Below, piece by piece: positions 12,179-23,196 of a DNA stretch of 49,015 nt. The DNA comes from Octopus bimaculoides (taxonomy: Eukaryota): contig NC_068989.1 of the NCBI RefSeq assembly GCF_001194135.2, positions 72,526,214-72,575,228 of the forward strand, given 5' to 3'. The notes beneath the pieces were generated by a model. The model did not search any database. It was given only the letters and a program-made list of their open reading frames with translations, and was not told the DNA's origin. The position numbers were made by a program, and so were the translations under genes. Within the stretch, counting starts at the first letter, position 1. Every line of letters begins with the position of its first letter.

Positions 12179-12268
12179 CTCACCCTACTCATACTTGCAA
12201 TAGTATATTCCCAATGTGAAACGTCAAATGGCATCATTCTAGTATTTCTAATGTAATGAATCTAACAT

Positions 12269-12465
12269 GGCGGCGAGCTGGCAGTATCGTTAGCTCGTCG
12301 GATAGAAATACATAACGGCATTTTAGTAGTCTTTACGACCTGAGTTTAAATTCCTCGGAGGTCGGCTTTACTTTTTTTTTTTAATCCTTTGGAGGTTGAT
12401 TGAATAAGTACCAGTCAAGCAATGCGATCGAAATTGGTGGCTCTATGCCAAAATTTGAAACCAAT
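12269..12465 (+). mobile_element. SINE family A
   Basis: GGCGGCGAGCTGGCAGTATCGTTAGC...GAGTTTAAATTCCTCGGAGGTCGGC...AAGTACCAGTC...GCCAAAATTTGAAACC. Confidence 0.85.
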
Positions 12466-12759
12466 ATAATTAATCTAATACGATTTACGAAGTTTGTTTC
12501 TAACTATGGACGTTCGTAAGTTGGATGCCTCTAACGTGAGGACTACCTCCATAAACGTACACACACAGACACACAGTCCTATGTTTTGAATGTAAGTGGT
12601 ACTAGTGCCAGTATAGGTAGGGTAGTAATATAGTGCGCAAATTAATTTCACCATTTTGAAAAAAGTACATACACATACATTCATCACTCTACGAACATAC
12701 ATATATATGTATGTATGTGTATACACGCTCGCGCGTGCACACACGTACATACACACACG

Positions 12760-12766
12760 CACACAC

Positions 12767-12850
<84 letters not shown>
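12760..12850. repeat. (CA)n microsatellite
   Basis: Direct reading. One of many (CA/TG)n and (TA)n arrays, e.g. 10035-10090, 32995-33105, 40590-40635, 46315-46430, 48500-48630. Confidence 0.95.
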
Positions 12851-12852
<2 letters not shown>

Positions 12853-12949
12853 GCTCGCTCATAAACATACAAGACTGTAGTGTAGAAGCAAATGAGAGGA
12901 AAAAGTTAGAAGAGGGTGAGCTGGCGAAGTTAAATCTTCCACTACTTCA

Positions 12950-13230
12950 CACCACCGTAGAAAAAATGTTACTGAACAAAGGTCAAGAGATGATCCCATT
13001 CAAATAGGACGCAGAGTGTCCGCAGGATTATCCCTCTGCAAAGTTTACTAGAAGCAAAGCATAAGAATAGGTTGAAAAGCATCATATCGGCTATGCTGAT
13101 TGTAGAGGTATCTACAAGGTGCCGGGTAGATCAGGACATGTGAGTCCTGAAAGAACTTACTACTTGGGGTAGTGCTAACTCGACACTGGCAGGGAATAGA
13201 TAAATCCTGGTTGGGCTGCCCGAATACTAC
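12950..13230 (+). mobile_element. Possible heavily deleted RTE-type LINE RT relic
   Basis: Weak motif order IPFK*..., HIGYAD, YYLG...INPGWAA, resembling RTE RT domains 4-7; many stops. Confidence 0.3.
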
Positions 13231-13706
13231 GCCTCTTGTTGAATGATATATATATATATATATAAAATATATAGTTTTAGCGAAAATAACCAATTTTCAA
13301 GAACTCATCGATGAAAATCCACTATCACATATAGAAAAATTAATAATTAAAAGCACAAAACTATATATTTTATATATACTTTATCTATAAGGCTCAATTT
13401 AATTTTAATTTTTTATAAATTGATTTTAATTGAGTTTTTTACCTGTAATTTTGGATTTTGTCCCTAATATTATTATTATTATTATNNNNNNNNNNNNNNN
13501 NNNNNNNNNNNNNNNNNNNNNNNNNNNNNNNNNNNNNNNNNNNNNNNNNNNNNNNNNNNNNNNNNNNNNNNNNNNNNNNNNNNNNNNNNNNNNNNNATAT
13601 ATATATATATGTATATATTTGCATGTGTGTATGAACGTATGCTTATACATATACACAGCATACATACATACATACATATATACATACATATGTCCATGGA
13701 TGTATG

Positions 13707-13749
<43 letters not shown>

Positions 13750-13789
13750 CAGACGGTTATGTGAAGATGATGGAATGTCAAATATGGCA

Positions 13790-14121
13790 GGTGGAAGGTC
13801 AAATACAACTCGTTTCTATAGATCAGGCTAAAATCAGAATCGGTTGTCGGAAAATTTCTACAACTTCACCAACCACAATTTCTGGCTCCCTAAACTCCTC
13901 GACTTCCCATCCTTCCCGATTGTAATCCGATGGATTACTATGTGTAGTGCACGATTGAGAAAGATTTCAACTGCACTGACTGCAACACAAAGGCCGAGCT
14001 GGTGACCACCACCAAGGAACTGTTCGAAGAACTTCCTAGGGACTCACCAAGGAACACATGCACTAGATTCCGGAGGTCTTTTGAAGCTGTGGAGGGAGTA
14101 GAGGGCGGCTGCTTTGAATAA
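13790..14121 (+). mobile_element. Tc1/mariner-superfamily transposase C-terminal relic, maT (DD37D)-like
   Basis: QNRLSENFYNFTNHNFW, then after a frameshift PDCNPMDYYV*CTIEKD...TRFRRSFEAVEGVEGGCFE*. The SPDxNPxDY motif has Asp as the third catalytic residue. Confidence 0.7.
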
Positions 14122-15131
14122 ACTGTAATTTCTCAACCATCATCTAGTTAATTTTTAAAAAGATACTTGTATTTTTAGATGAGTTATTGTGTTCCCTCTT
14201 CCATATATGGTAGTTGTTAAATTTAATCCTAACACGCTGTACATACAGACATATCTTTTGAATTTATTAATGGGAAACGTTTTGAATATGCAAATAAAGC
14301 TCCTATTCTATTATGCCGGCCACCGTCTCCTGTTGCTGACTGGTGAACCATGTATANNNNNNNNNNNNNNNNNNNNNNNNNNNNNNNNNNNNNNNNNNNN
14401 NNNNNNNNNNNNNNNNNNNNNNNNNNNNNNNNNNNNNNNNNNNNNNNNNNNNNNNNNNNNNNNNNNNNNNNNNNNNNNNNNNNNNNNNNNNNNNNNNNNN
14501 NNNNNNNNNNNNNNNNNNNNNNNNNNNNNNNNNNNNNNNNNNNNNNNNNNNNNNNNNNNNNNNNNNNNNNNNNNNNNNNNNNNNNNNNNNNNNNNNNNNN
14601 NNNNNNNNNNNNNNNNNNNNNNNNNNNNNNNNNNNNNNNNNNNNNNNNNNNNNNNNNNNNNNNNNNNNNNNNNNNNNNNNNNNNNNNNNNNNNNNNNATA
14701 TATATATATATATATATATATAGCCTTTATGATAATAAAAGAACCAGAAAGGAATTTAATAATACCATCGGATATTGAATACCTTCTATTGTCTAATCTC
14801 TTTTCTATTATCCAGTGATATGTTCAGAAACGTGGAATAACCATTCTTTATTCTGACTTTTGCATACTGGATTCTCGCAGCTTGGACATCAATATCTCCG
14901 TGAATTAGAGGGATGTACGTTATAGGCTATTAGAAAGTTTAGAAAGCCTGGCTCAGTGATTCGATTAGTTGTATTGTATGTGGTTTATTTTGATCAACAT
15001 TTGCCAAATACTTAAGATACACCCAGCCTCACACACCCATCCACACACCCACACAAACACACACACAAGCACGGTGACACACTGCCCACATAAATTCACC
15101 AAGACGAATAATCACCCATATATAACACGTA

Positions 15132-15655
15132 CGAAGTGCGTTCCAGAAGTTTAGAGACTTTTTTTTTATGAGAGACAGTTATAACTGTCTTAGTTTTAGT
15201 ATGTATTTAATATACAACTAGTAAACTGATCTGCCAACATCTTTTTATATTCCAGACTGAAGGAGACGGCTGTAACATCACCTTGCACAAGCCCTACTAA
15301 ACACTGCTTGTCACAGCCTATGAAACACTTCTTGGCACCATTTTATCCTGGTAACCAGCTACTTGACAGAGATGGACGTCAAAAACTGTCCCTCTTTCTC
15401 CTTATAGTCTAGCCCCGGCTTCCTGTGATTTTTGGTTGTTTTCCAAGCTGAAGGCGAATGTCTGGGGCAGTCGTTTTGAAAACGTCGAGAAGAGGGACAC
15501 CTTCATTTTCATGGAGCCCTCACAAAGTGACTGGAGCGCTACAAATGCATTGAAACCAGACGATCTTACTTTGAAAAAGACTAGGGTTTTGGACTTCTTT
15601 AAAATTGATAAATGTCTGTCCTGAAAAAGTCTTAAGCCATCTGGAATGCAATATA
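15132..15655 (+). mobile_element. Internally deleted mariner (family M2)
   Basis: Imperfect TIRs CGAAGTGCGTTCCAGAAGTTTAGAGACTTTTT and AAAAAGTCTTAAGCCATCTGGAATGCA, flanked by TA; internal relic PYSLAPASCDFWLFSKLK and LERYKCIE...YFEKD. Confidence 0.8.
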
Positions 15656-15699
15656 TAAAAGCATTATTACTGTTAAAACAGATATAATGAGGTGGCTAG

Positions 15700-16378
15700 C
15701 AAGACTTCTACCTAAGCAGCTATAATATGAAATTGACCCACACAGAAATTGACCCAAGTGAACTAGGTGATCTAAAATATCAAATCATGATGGAATGGCT
15801 GAAAACAGTCACAGAAATGCAAGAGGTTCATTAAACTATCCTGTGATCCTTCCTAGACAAAAAATACGTCGCCAATGAACCGTAACCAGGGTATTTGTTC
15901 ATGACCAGGAAGAGATTTGAATGTCTACAGTGACTGTGTCTCGAATTTCGTCATGAAGACATTAGTGAAATTAACTGCCATGGGGGTACCCGTGGCGCAA
16001 CCCTTCGGCTGGTGGAAAAATCTTTGTCTAAATTTCATTGTATTACTTTGTAAAACAAACCTCAGTATCCTACAAAGAAAATTTGATGGAAAACTTTTGT
16101 TTGACCGCTTTTGAAAGGCATCCATACATGCTTCAACCACTTCATCGTGGTCAATATTGGGATATAAAGACGAAACAGCCATGGTTACCAAAAAACAGTT
16201 CTTGGCACGACCTCGGTGCTTAAAAAAGTTGTTTATTTTAGACACAAAATCGAAAGTATCCCGAATGTTGGAACTTAATCTTTTTGCGACAGGGAGTAGA
16301 AAGCCATCCATCCATTCCGAAATCTTGGCCGTACAACATTCTTATCTGCTGCAAATTGTGCGCATAGGTGTCAAGTGA
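15700..16378 (-). mobile_element. Penelope-like element reverse transcriptase fragment (inverted)
   Basis: Minus frame: PMRTICSR*ECCTAKISEWMDGFL..., LVTMAVSSLYPNIDH, QPKGCATGTPMAVNFTNVFM, WLRFIGDVFFV*EGS (decayed YxDD). These match PLE RT motifs. Confidence 0.85.
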
Positions 16379-16384
16379 ATTCCA

Positions 16385-16640
16385 TCAGGAATCATTACAG
16401 AAATGTTATGATTTATACAGAGGATGGGACAGATAGAGATTCTCATTTGGTGTACGTGGCAGAATGCACGAAACACAACTTGATATATGTTGGTTGTACA
16501 ACAGAACAATTAAACAAACGATTTAATGGGTACAGATTCGACGTCAGGCACAATAACAGTAATTCGACAGAATTTGCTGAACATTTCGTTTCAAACGGCT
16601 GCAATTTTGAAAAAAACTTGAAGGTGCTTCACTTTCACTT
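16385..16640 (+). mobile_element. Penelope-like GIY-YIG endonuclease fragment
   Basis: HLVYVAECTKHNLIYVGCTTEQLNKRFNGYR...FAEHF carries the VY...YVG dyad and the R/EHF residues of GIY-YIG nucleases. Confidence 0.85.
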
Positions 16641-16878
16641 TCACAGGAGAATATCATCAAATTTATACAAAACTGTTTGATTTGATATTCTTCTTTTTTC
16701 CTTTTCTTCTTTTCTTTCCTCTTTTTTCTGTCTTTTTTTTCTGCCTTTCATTTCGCCTGTTATAAAATGGAAAATTAAAGACTGATGATGTCATTCCATG
16801 AACGCGTGGATGCTGGTTACTCTCGTTTATATTTTAAATTTAAATTTCTATAATTTTGAACTTTTATCACCTCTTATT

Positions 16879-16921
16879 TTGAACTTGACAAAGACAGACT
16901 TACTGTCGAAATATCGTTCAA
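16879..16921 (+). ncRNA. Minimal type I hammerhead ribozyme, U3-A8 variant, in a Penelope 3' region
   Basis: UUGAAC-UUGACAA-A-GACAG-ACUUA-CUGUC-GAA-AUAU-C-GUUCAA. Stem I 6/6, stem II 5/5, palindromic AUAU stem III, AUC triplet; followed by CCAATAAAA and lying about 240 nt 3' of the GIY-YIG fragment on the same strand. Confidence 0.75.
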
Positions 16922-17013
16922 CCAATAAAATATCTATTACAATCGAATCGCGGTCTGCGTCTTGACTGTTTACCTATGTGAAGAGTTATGTCAATCCTTT
17001 TATGATGATGATG

Positions 17014-17066
<53 letters not shown>

Positions 17067-17157
17067 TTGTTGTCTCTTGAGGTCTCTGAGTGAGACTTGG
17101 ATCCAACTTGTACAAATGCAAAGCAAAAGTCAAACATAAAATAATGATAATAATAAT

Positions 17158-17320
17158 AATCCTTTATTCTGAAAGTACGAGGCCAAAATTTTGGGGAAGC
17201 GATTAAGTCGATAACATCGACTCCAATGCGTAATTGGTACTTATTTAATCGACTCCGAAAGAATGAAAGACAAAATCGACCTCGGTGGAATTTGAACTCA
17301 GAACGTAGCGAAAGGCAAAG
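17158..17320 (-). mobile_element. SINE family A, 5'-truncated
   Basis: Closely matches the copy at 19222; 3' end sits in (TAA)n. Confidence 0.85.
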
Positions 17321-17378
17321 TTGAGGTCAGTAGTTTTAGATGGAAGAGATGAATTAATACACACACACATACGTACCT

Positions 17379-17442
<64 letters not shown>

Positions 17443-18392
17443 CACATCGGTACTAAGACACTCCTTTCTTTCTTGCTTTTTCTTTTTTTCATTTTTAGCC
17501 ACAAGTTATTCAGTGCGTTATCAACAGTTACGACCGATTGATAAACCTAACCGATTCCGATAATGTTGACACAAGCCGATAGAATCCGTTGCACTACATT
17601 ACTGGTATGTAATTTTTTGGGCAGAGATGAAAGGCTCATTTGGTCCCTAATCTGACCCCGACCCGACTTTGAGTTCAGTACGTAAATGGACATTACTATA
17701 CACTGTTTCTGTAAACCCGCTGCCCTTGTCTGAATAAATATGTTAATAGGTGCAGAGGAGCAGCAGCTGTTAGCTACATTCTGACTGAAACGGCATTGCC
17801 TAAGATCAAACGAGAGTGGTTCTGTGTTTCACTCGACCTATTAGAAATAGCATCCAAGCTTTCCACATATCACATTCCATCATCTTAAAAAGAAAAAAAA
17901 AAAGATGGGGAATACTGATATTATAATCCGAAGAGATATTGTGATTGTGCTTGAAATAAAGATAGATTCGTTATGGATGGTATGCCTTTCATCATAGGTT
18001 AGCTCATTCGGAGATCACTTGGAGCTAAACAAGAGCAACAGAAGCTACGTTGGTGACGACGACGACGACGACGAAGTCTGCCTTTTGTTATAATCGTCAC
18101 AGAATAAGCAAAGGCAACTTTTAAGTGGATCGTTTTCTTTTTCTAGAAATAGCATTTAAATTTCTATAGACCACATATTATTCCTTAAACATATAGATGG
18201 TCATGGCTGGAATGCCTCTGATCATCGGTCTGATTAAGCATAACTAACATTGGAGCTTGACAAAAACAATTACAACAACCAATATACCATGCGAGGGAAC
18301 TTCTACACGACCACTTTCTAGAAATAGCAGCCAGATCTGCCACAAATAACATTGTGCTGTAACATTTTATAATATAGTCTCTGATATACACA

Positions 18393-18776
18393 GTGGAGGC
18401 GCAATGGCCCAGTGGTTAGGGCAGCGGACTCGCGGTCATAGGATTGCGGTTTCGATTCCCAGACCGGGCGTTGTGAGTGCTTATTGAGCGAAAACACCTA
18501 AAACTCCACGAGGCTCCGGCAGGGGATGGTGGCGAACCCTGCTGTACTCTTTCACCACAACTTTCTCTCACTCTTACTTCCTGTTTCTGTTGTGCCTGTA
18601 ATTCAAAGGGTCAGCCTTGTCACACTGTGTCACGCTGAATATCCCCGAGAACTACGTTAAAGGTACACGTGTCTGTGGAGTGCTCAGCCACTTGCAAGTT
18701 AATTTCACGAGCAAGCTGTTCCGTTGATCGGATCAACTGGAACCCTCGACGTAGTAAGCGATGGAGTGCCAACAAC
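18393..18776 (+). mobile_element. tRNA-derived SINE family C, complete, with 10-bp TSD
   Basis: A box TGGCCCAGTGGTTAGG, B box GGTTTCGATTCCC, 3' end GGAGTGCCAACAAC; TSD GATATACACA at 18383-18392 and 18777-18786; near-identical inverted copy at 36690-37080. Confidence 0.92.
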
Positions 18777-19185
18777 GATATACACAAACGACGGAGTGGT
18801 CATAGCTAGAAGGCCTTTGATCATAGGTTTCCTTGAAAACGGCTGACATGGAGCTAAGTATCTGCTTCTTGCTGCTTCTCTTCCTCCTCTTCCACTTCTT
18901 TCTCATCCTTTCCTTATCCCTCCTCCTCTTCATTCTCCTCTCTCATCTTCTTCATTTATCATCTAACGAAATTGCCAAACCACCACCATAAAAGTAAACA
19001 TTACTTGTGCATATCTAGGGGCACTTAAAAAAATGGGAAAGTCACGGATGGAACGCATTCGATCATATGTGTACTGTAATGGATCAGAGTTGGTCAGGGG
19101 TAAACAAGAAGACTACGTATCTATTAGCATTCCGCCTGGATATCCCAAAGTCCTTAGAGAGAAGTTTATACAAGTCTATGAAATA

Positions 19186-20110
19186 AAAGGTGCATTCCAG
19201 AAAATTCCAAACTTTTATCCTTTCTGCTGGAAGTACGAGGCCTCAAATTTGGGGGAAGCGATTAAGTCGATAACATCGACCCCAGCGCGTAATTGGTACT
19301 TATTTAATCGACTCCGAAAGGATGAAAGACAAAATCGACCTCGGTGGAATTTGAACTCAGAACGTAGCGGCATACGAATTACCACTAAGCATTTCGCCCG
19401 GCGTGCTAGCAATCCAGTCAGCTCCTCCTCCTCGTCGTCGTCGTCGTCGTGGCGGCGGCGTTGTTGTTGTTGATGATTGCTTCAAATTTTGGCACAAAGA
19501 AATACAAAAGTCTTATCTCCTTTAAAGTAGGATTCTCTGACTTCTGTGCACTTGTAGCGCTCCAGCCCTTTCGAGAGGACCCCATGGAAGTCCTCCAAAC
19601 TCTTGTCATTGCACCCTTCAAGTTCTTCAGCCTGGGAAATAACAAATAGTCACAGGGAGCAACGTCTAGACTATAGGGAGGGTGAGGGACAGTTTTGATG
19701 CCCATCTATGTTAAGCAGTTGGTTAGCAGGAATTGAGGATTGATGCATTGCTTTGGTGCAGGTGCTCTGGTCTTTTGCGACGCAATCTCTTTCTAAGCCT
19801 CTTCAAAACCTTCGCAAAGTACTTCCTGTTTACTGTCTCGCCAGAGGGAACCCAGTGAATGTCGATGATTCGCTCGCTGTCGAAAAAGGGGACCTTCATG
19901 AGCTTCCATTTAGACTTGCTTTGCTTGGCCTCTTGTGTCAGCGGAAACAGATGTTCGGCTCCTAGAATTTGACCCATAAGCAGTGTGGAGCATTTCATAA
20001 GTTTTTGTAGTGTTTTTGCCTAGTTATCGCAAAACTTTATTGCATAGTGAGCTACCAAATCGTCTTCAAATCCCAACTGCATTCTGAAAATTTCATGTCA
20101 AGAAGTGAAG
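19186..20110 (-). mobile_element. Internally deleted mariner (family M2), interrupted by SINE A
   Basis: Minus strand: YAIKFC...GKNTTKTYEMLHTAYG (HTH) joined to KQSKSKWKLMKVPFFDSERIIDIHWVPSGETVNRKY, then PHPPYSLDVAPCDYLLFPRLK. DNA is homologous to 15380-15600; TIR-like AAAGGTGCATTCCAGAAAATTCC after TA at 19184-19185. The 5' TIR was not found. Confidence 0.8.
19222..19425 (-). mobile_element. SINE family A, inserted in mariner M2
   Basis: Full head-to-tail match to family A; the 3' tip of another copy follows at about 19475-19496 after mixed trinucleotide repeats. Confidence 0.85.
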
Positions 20111-20169
20111 ACGCTCTAGAAAGAGCTACATACGAGTATTCATGAGAATTATTTACATTATACAATCAG

Positions 20170-20250
20170 GCTATTATTTAATTTATCGACCTTGAAAGAT
20201 GAAAGGCAAAGTTGACCTGTGTAGGATTTGAACTCAGAGCATAGAGATCC
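20170..20250 (-). mobile_element. SINE family A fragment
   Basis: TTATCGACCTTGAAAGATGAAAGGCAAAGTTGACC...GATTTGAACTCAGA. Confidence 0.7.
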
Positions 20251-23196
20251 GGGATTCAGTCGGTTCTTAGACGGTTCCAGCTTAAGTATTTTTCTTTATG
20301 AGAAGAGGTTAAAATCTTTTCGCTTAACGCTTTTCCATTCCATGTAATGTTTTCTAAAATTTTCAAAATTAGGGGTATTTTTTCCGTCGCTCTTAGTAAT
20401 TCTACCGCCACCTGTAGTTCACTAATCCGGCCTGTATAAGCTTGGCGCGCCTGGAGTGAAGCGTTTAGTTTACAAAAATCGGCTTACTGTCTACGACGTT
20501 TATCTACGCGGACCGTATAGATGACAAATTTGCTTTTTGTGTAGTCGATGATTTTGAAATGTGGTCAACCTATGCTATCCTTATCTATTGCCCAACAGAA
20601 TACTCTACCTAGATACGAACCAAGATGATCCTATGCAGTTTGTCTCTGTCCACATTGGCTTCAGTTCAAAATTCTCATAAAACAAATGTAAACTAATATG
20701 GTTTTTAAAAATATGAATTTCTAATATTTTAACAGGCTCCAAAATTAAATAATCCTTTATGCTTCGTGAATGATTATATCTTAATGATTAAAACGGACAG
20801 AAGCTGTAGTAACTTTCATAGGATTTCATACTAGATATGAAGGAACGTGGGAAAATACCAAAAAGCATTATGTGTCCTGGGTTGTATGATTCTGTATTTA
20901 AGGTTAAACTCGTTAAAAATGTTAGACATTATATATTCCAGATTCAAATTAATTTTGTAGAAGGAATATATAAAAAAGGCGGTTGTAATGTTTATCGTTG
21001 ACATCAGTAGACTAAATGAATTAAAGCGATTCTAGCTGGAGATTAAAACAAAAACGTCATTCTCAGTTTGGGAAATTAATTCATCTTCAAAACACACATT
21101 TCACTATTGAAAATTAAAAGTAAGGTAATTCAAATTTATTTGAAATATATTTGCGTTTAAATAGCATTTTCCTTGTTCATTTTTAGATTTAAATTTGAGA
21201 TGCTCTGTTAGCAGACACTTATGAAGGTTAAAAGCATGACCTACCGTAATACTGAATAAATTAAAACAGGGAATAAATAATAAGTTCCCGTTTAAAACTT
21301 GAAGATTCTTAATGATATTTTCAACAACGTCGAAAATTATTGAATTGAGAATTTATCGCTAAAATATTATTTTTACCCTTATTTCATCATTCACAGCCAT
21401 TAACTCAATGTTCTTTCTGTTTATTCGTTGATGAAATAAGTCATATGTGTGTATATATATATATATATATATGAAACATTCCGTTATCTTTTGTAGATAT
21501 GGAGGTGTTAAGCTTGTAAAAAGAAACCCCTCATTAAATCAAAAATAACCGATTACCCCCCTCAAAATCACACTGTGGTTTGAGAGTGCCTTCGAACATG
21601 CGATCACCATTTAGTAATAAGGAGTAGCATAAGAGTAAGGGTAGGAGGAAAATAAAAAAAATATTACTTTATATAGCAAGGTCAAGACCAACAGTATTTA
21701 GTATTTCTCGATTATATTGCAAATAAGTGAATTTACTGAGTAATTACGTATTTTAGCAACCCTCTTGCTATTTTCTACTCTTTCAAAAGACAGACAAGCG
21801 GCGCTATAATAATGGTTTGCTATCATTTTATTCTAATCTGTTATTCTACATGATTATAGGGAGTCACTTTTTGAATACAATAACATTTAGAAAATGTTTT
21901 GTTTAAATTTATTCGTGTTGTATTTTTTTTCAGTAAATGTTTCTAAGTGTTTTTAAAATTGAATTCTTTTCTAGGTCGTAAAGCGACTTGTGAGATATAG
22001 ACAAAAATAGTCGTACATGAGAAACACCGAAGTTTATAGACAACTCTAAAAATATTAGAAAACAAACTATATGATTCTAGTAGGTGTGTCGTTTCTTAAG
22101 GAAGTTAAAGCATTTTGATCCAGAGATACACGACGACAACGACTGGGAAAACTTTACGAAAGAGTTTCGAACCTTATAACAAAGAAATGTTCTCCCACTG
22201 AAAATATTATTGCCTCTTTACTCACATCCCGTGCTCACATTTAACTCATTAAAAATTTTGTATTATAAAACCGTCTTTAATTTTAATTCTGTCTACATTA
22301 ACAACACCCATTTTCTAGTCAGAAAAATTGTATTCAGAACTATCTAATTTAAAGAGAAATCTTAAATTCATTTTTGAGTTTAAATAGTTCGTTTGTCAGA
22401 TTTTATTGATATTCTTTAGTTATTCAATATAGTATTATTATATAACTTCAATATGTACTGGGTATAAGTTTTCCATGTTCGCCGTACAGCTTAAGGGACC
22501 CGCGGTTCTCACGCCATCAAAATCTAAATATCTAACTTAACGAGTAGGTTGCTGATTATTTCGGAATCTTTTGAGCCTCAATCTCCAGCAGGTCCAATGG
22601 GTGACCTGTATAACCAACTTGGGCTCTCAAATTTGGGATGAAGTTCATTTGACTGACGTCCATATGGCTATCACTAAAGCTGTTTTCATCTACAAAGTTG
22701 ACACAGCTATGCTGAAAGATACTTGCTCAAAATATCTTAAAGAGGTTTCAAATGAAATTGAACAGCAAACTTAAACACGGCTATCCATGTAGACCGTCTA
22801 AAACATTTGTGTGTGCGCTGAATAATTCGATTTGATTTACGTTTTTGTGCTGCTATCTTTTAGCTCTCGGAAAACGACTTGTTTCAACTATGTGTAAATG
22901 TTCCTTTTTCTTTCTGTACTTTTGTATGTTTGTCGTTTAACCCTCAGAATACTTATTTGCCAAAGCTTATGTTCAATAGCGTTCCAGTTATCCTTTCCTT
23001 TTTCTAAATTTAAACATTGCTTGCTATAATGAAACATTTTTGTAAATCGACAGAGTAAGATATGAAGGAAATCGTTTGGTATTTCTACCAGAAGACAGAC
23101 CACGACCAGGCTCCTTCTTTGGCTTGATGGGATTGCCACTTTTCTCCGATAGCTTTAATTTCCAGTAGAATAAATCTATTATACAATTTCTTTCAG

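Noticed and set aside
16782-16810. CTGATGA...GAACGCGT, a possible second hammerhead in the Penelope 3' region
   Set aside because: GAAA is incomplete, stem II is marginal and there is no stem I; at best a decayed relic.
18393-18465. tRNA-like sequence with A and B boxes (also the heads of SINE families A, B and D)
   Set aside because: No complete cloverleaf or acceptor stem; it continues into a repeated body with a TSD, so it is a SINE head, not a tRNA gene.
19033-19473. 146-aa ORF
   Set aside because: A chance read-through of unique DNA, a mariner TIR, an antisense SINE A and trinucleotide repeats.
22571-22774. 67-aa ORF upstream of the tubulin exon, faintly like an RTE RT segment
   Set aside because: Similarity is too weak to call by eye and it is not tubulin.
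22880-22900. CAACTATGTGTAAAT as the ATG-only first exon of the tubulin pseudogene
   Set aside because: Position is plausible but ATG is not followed directly by GT; cannot be supported.
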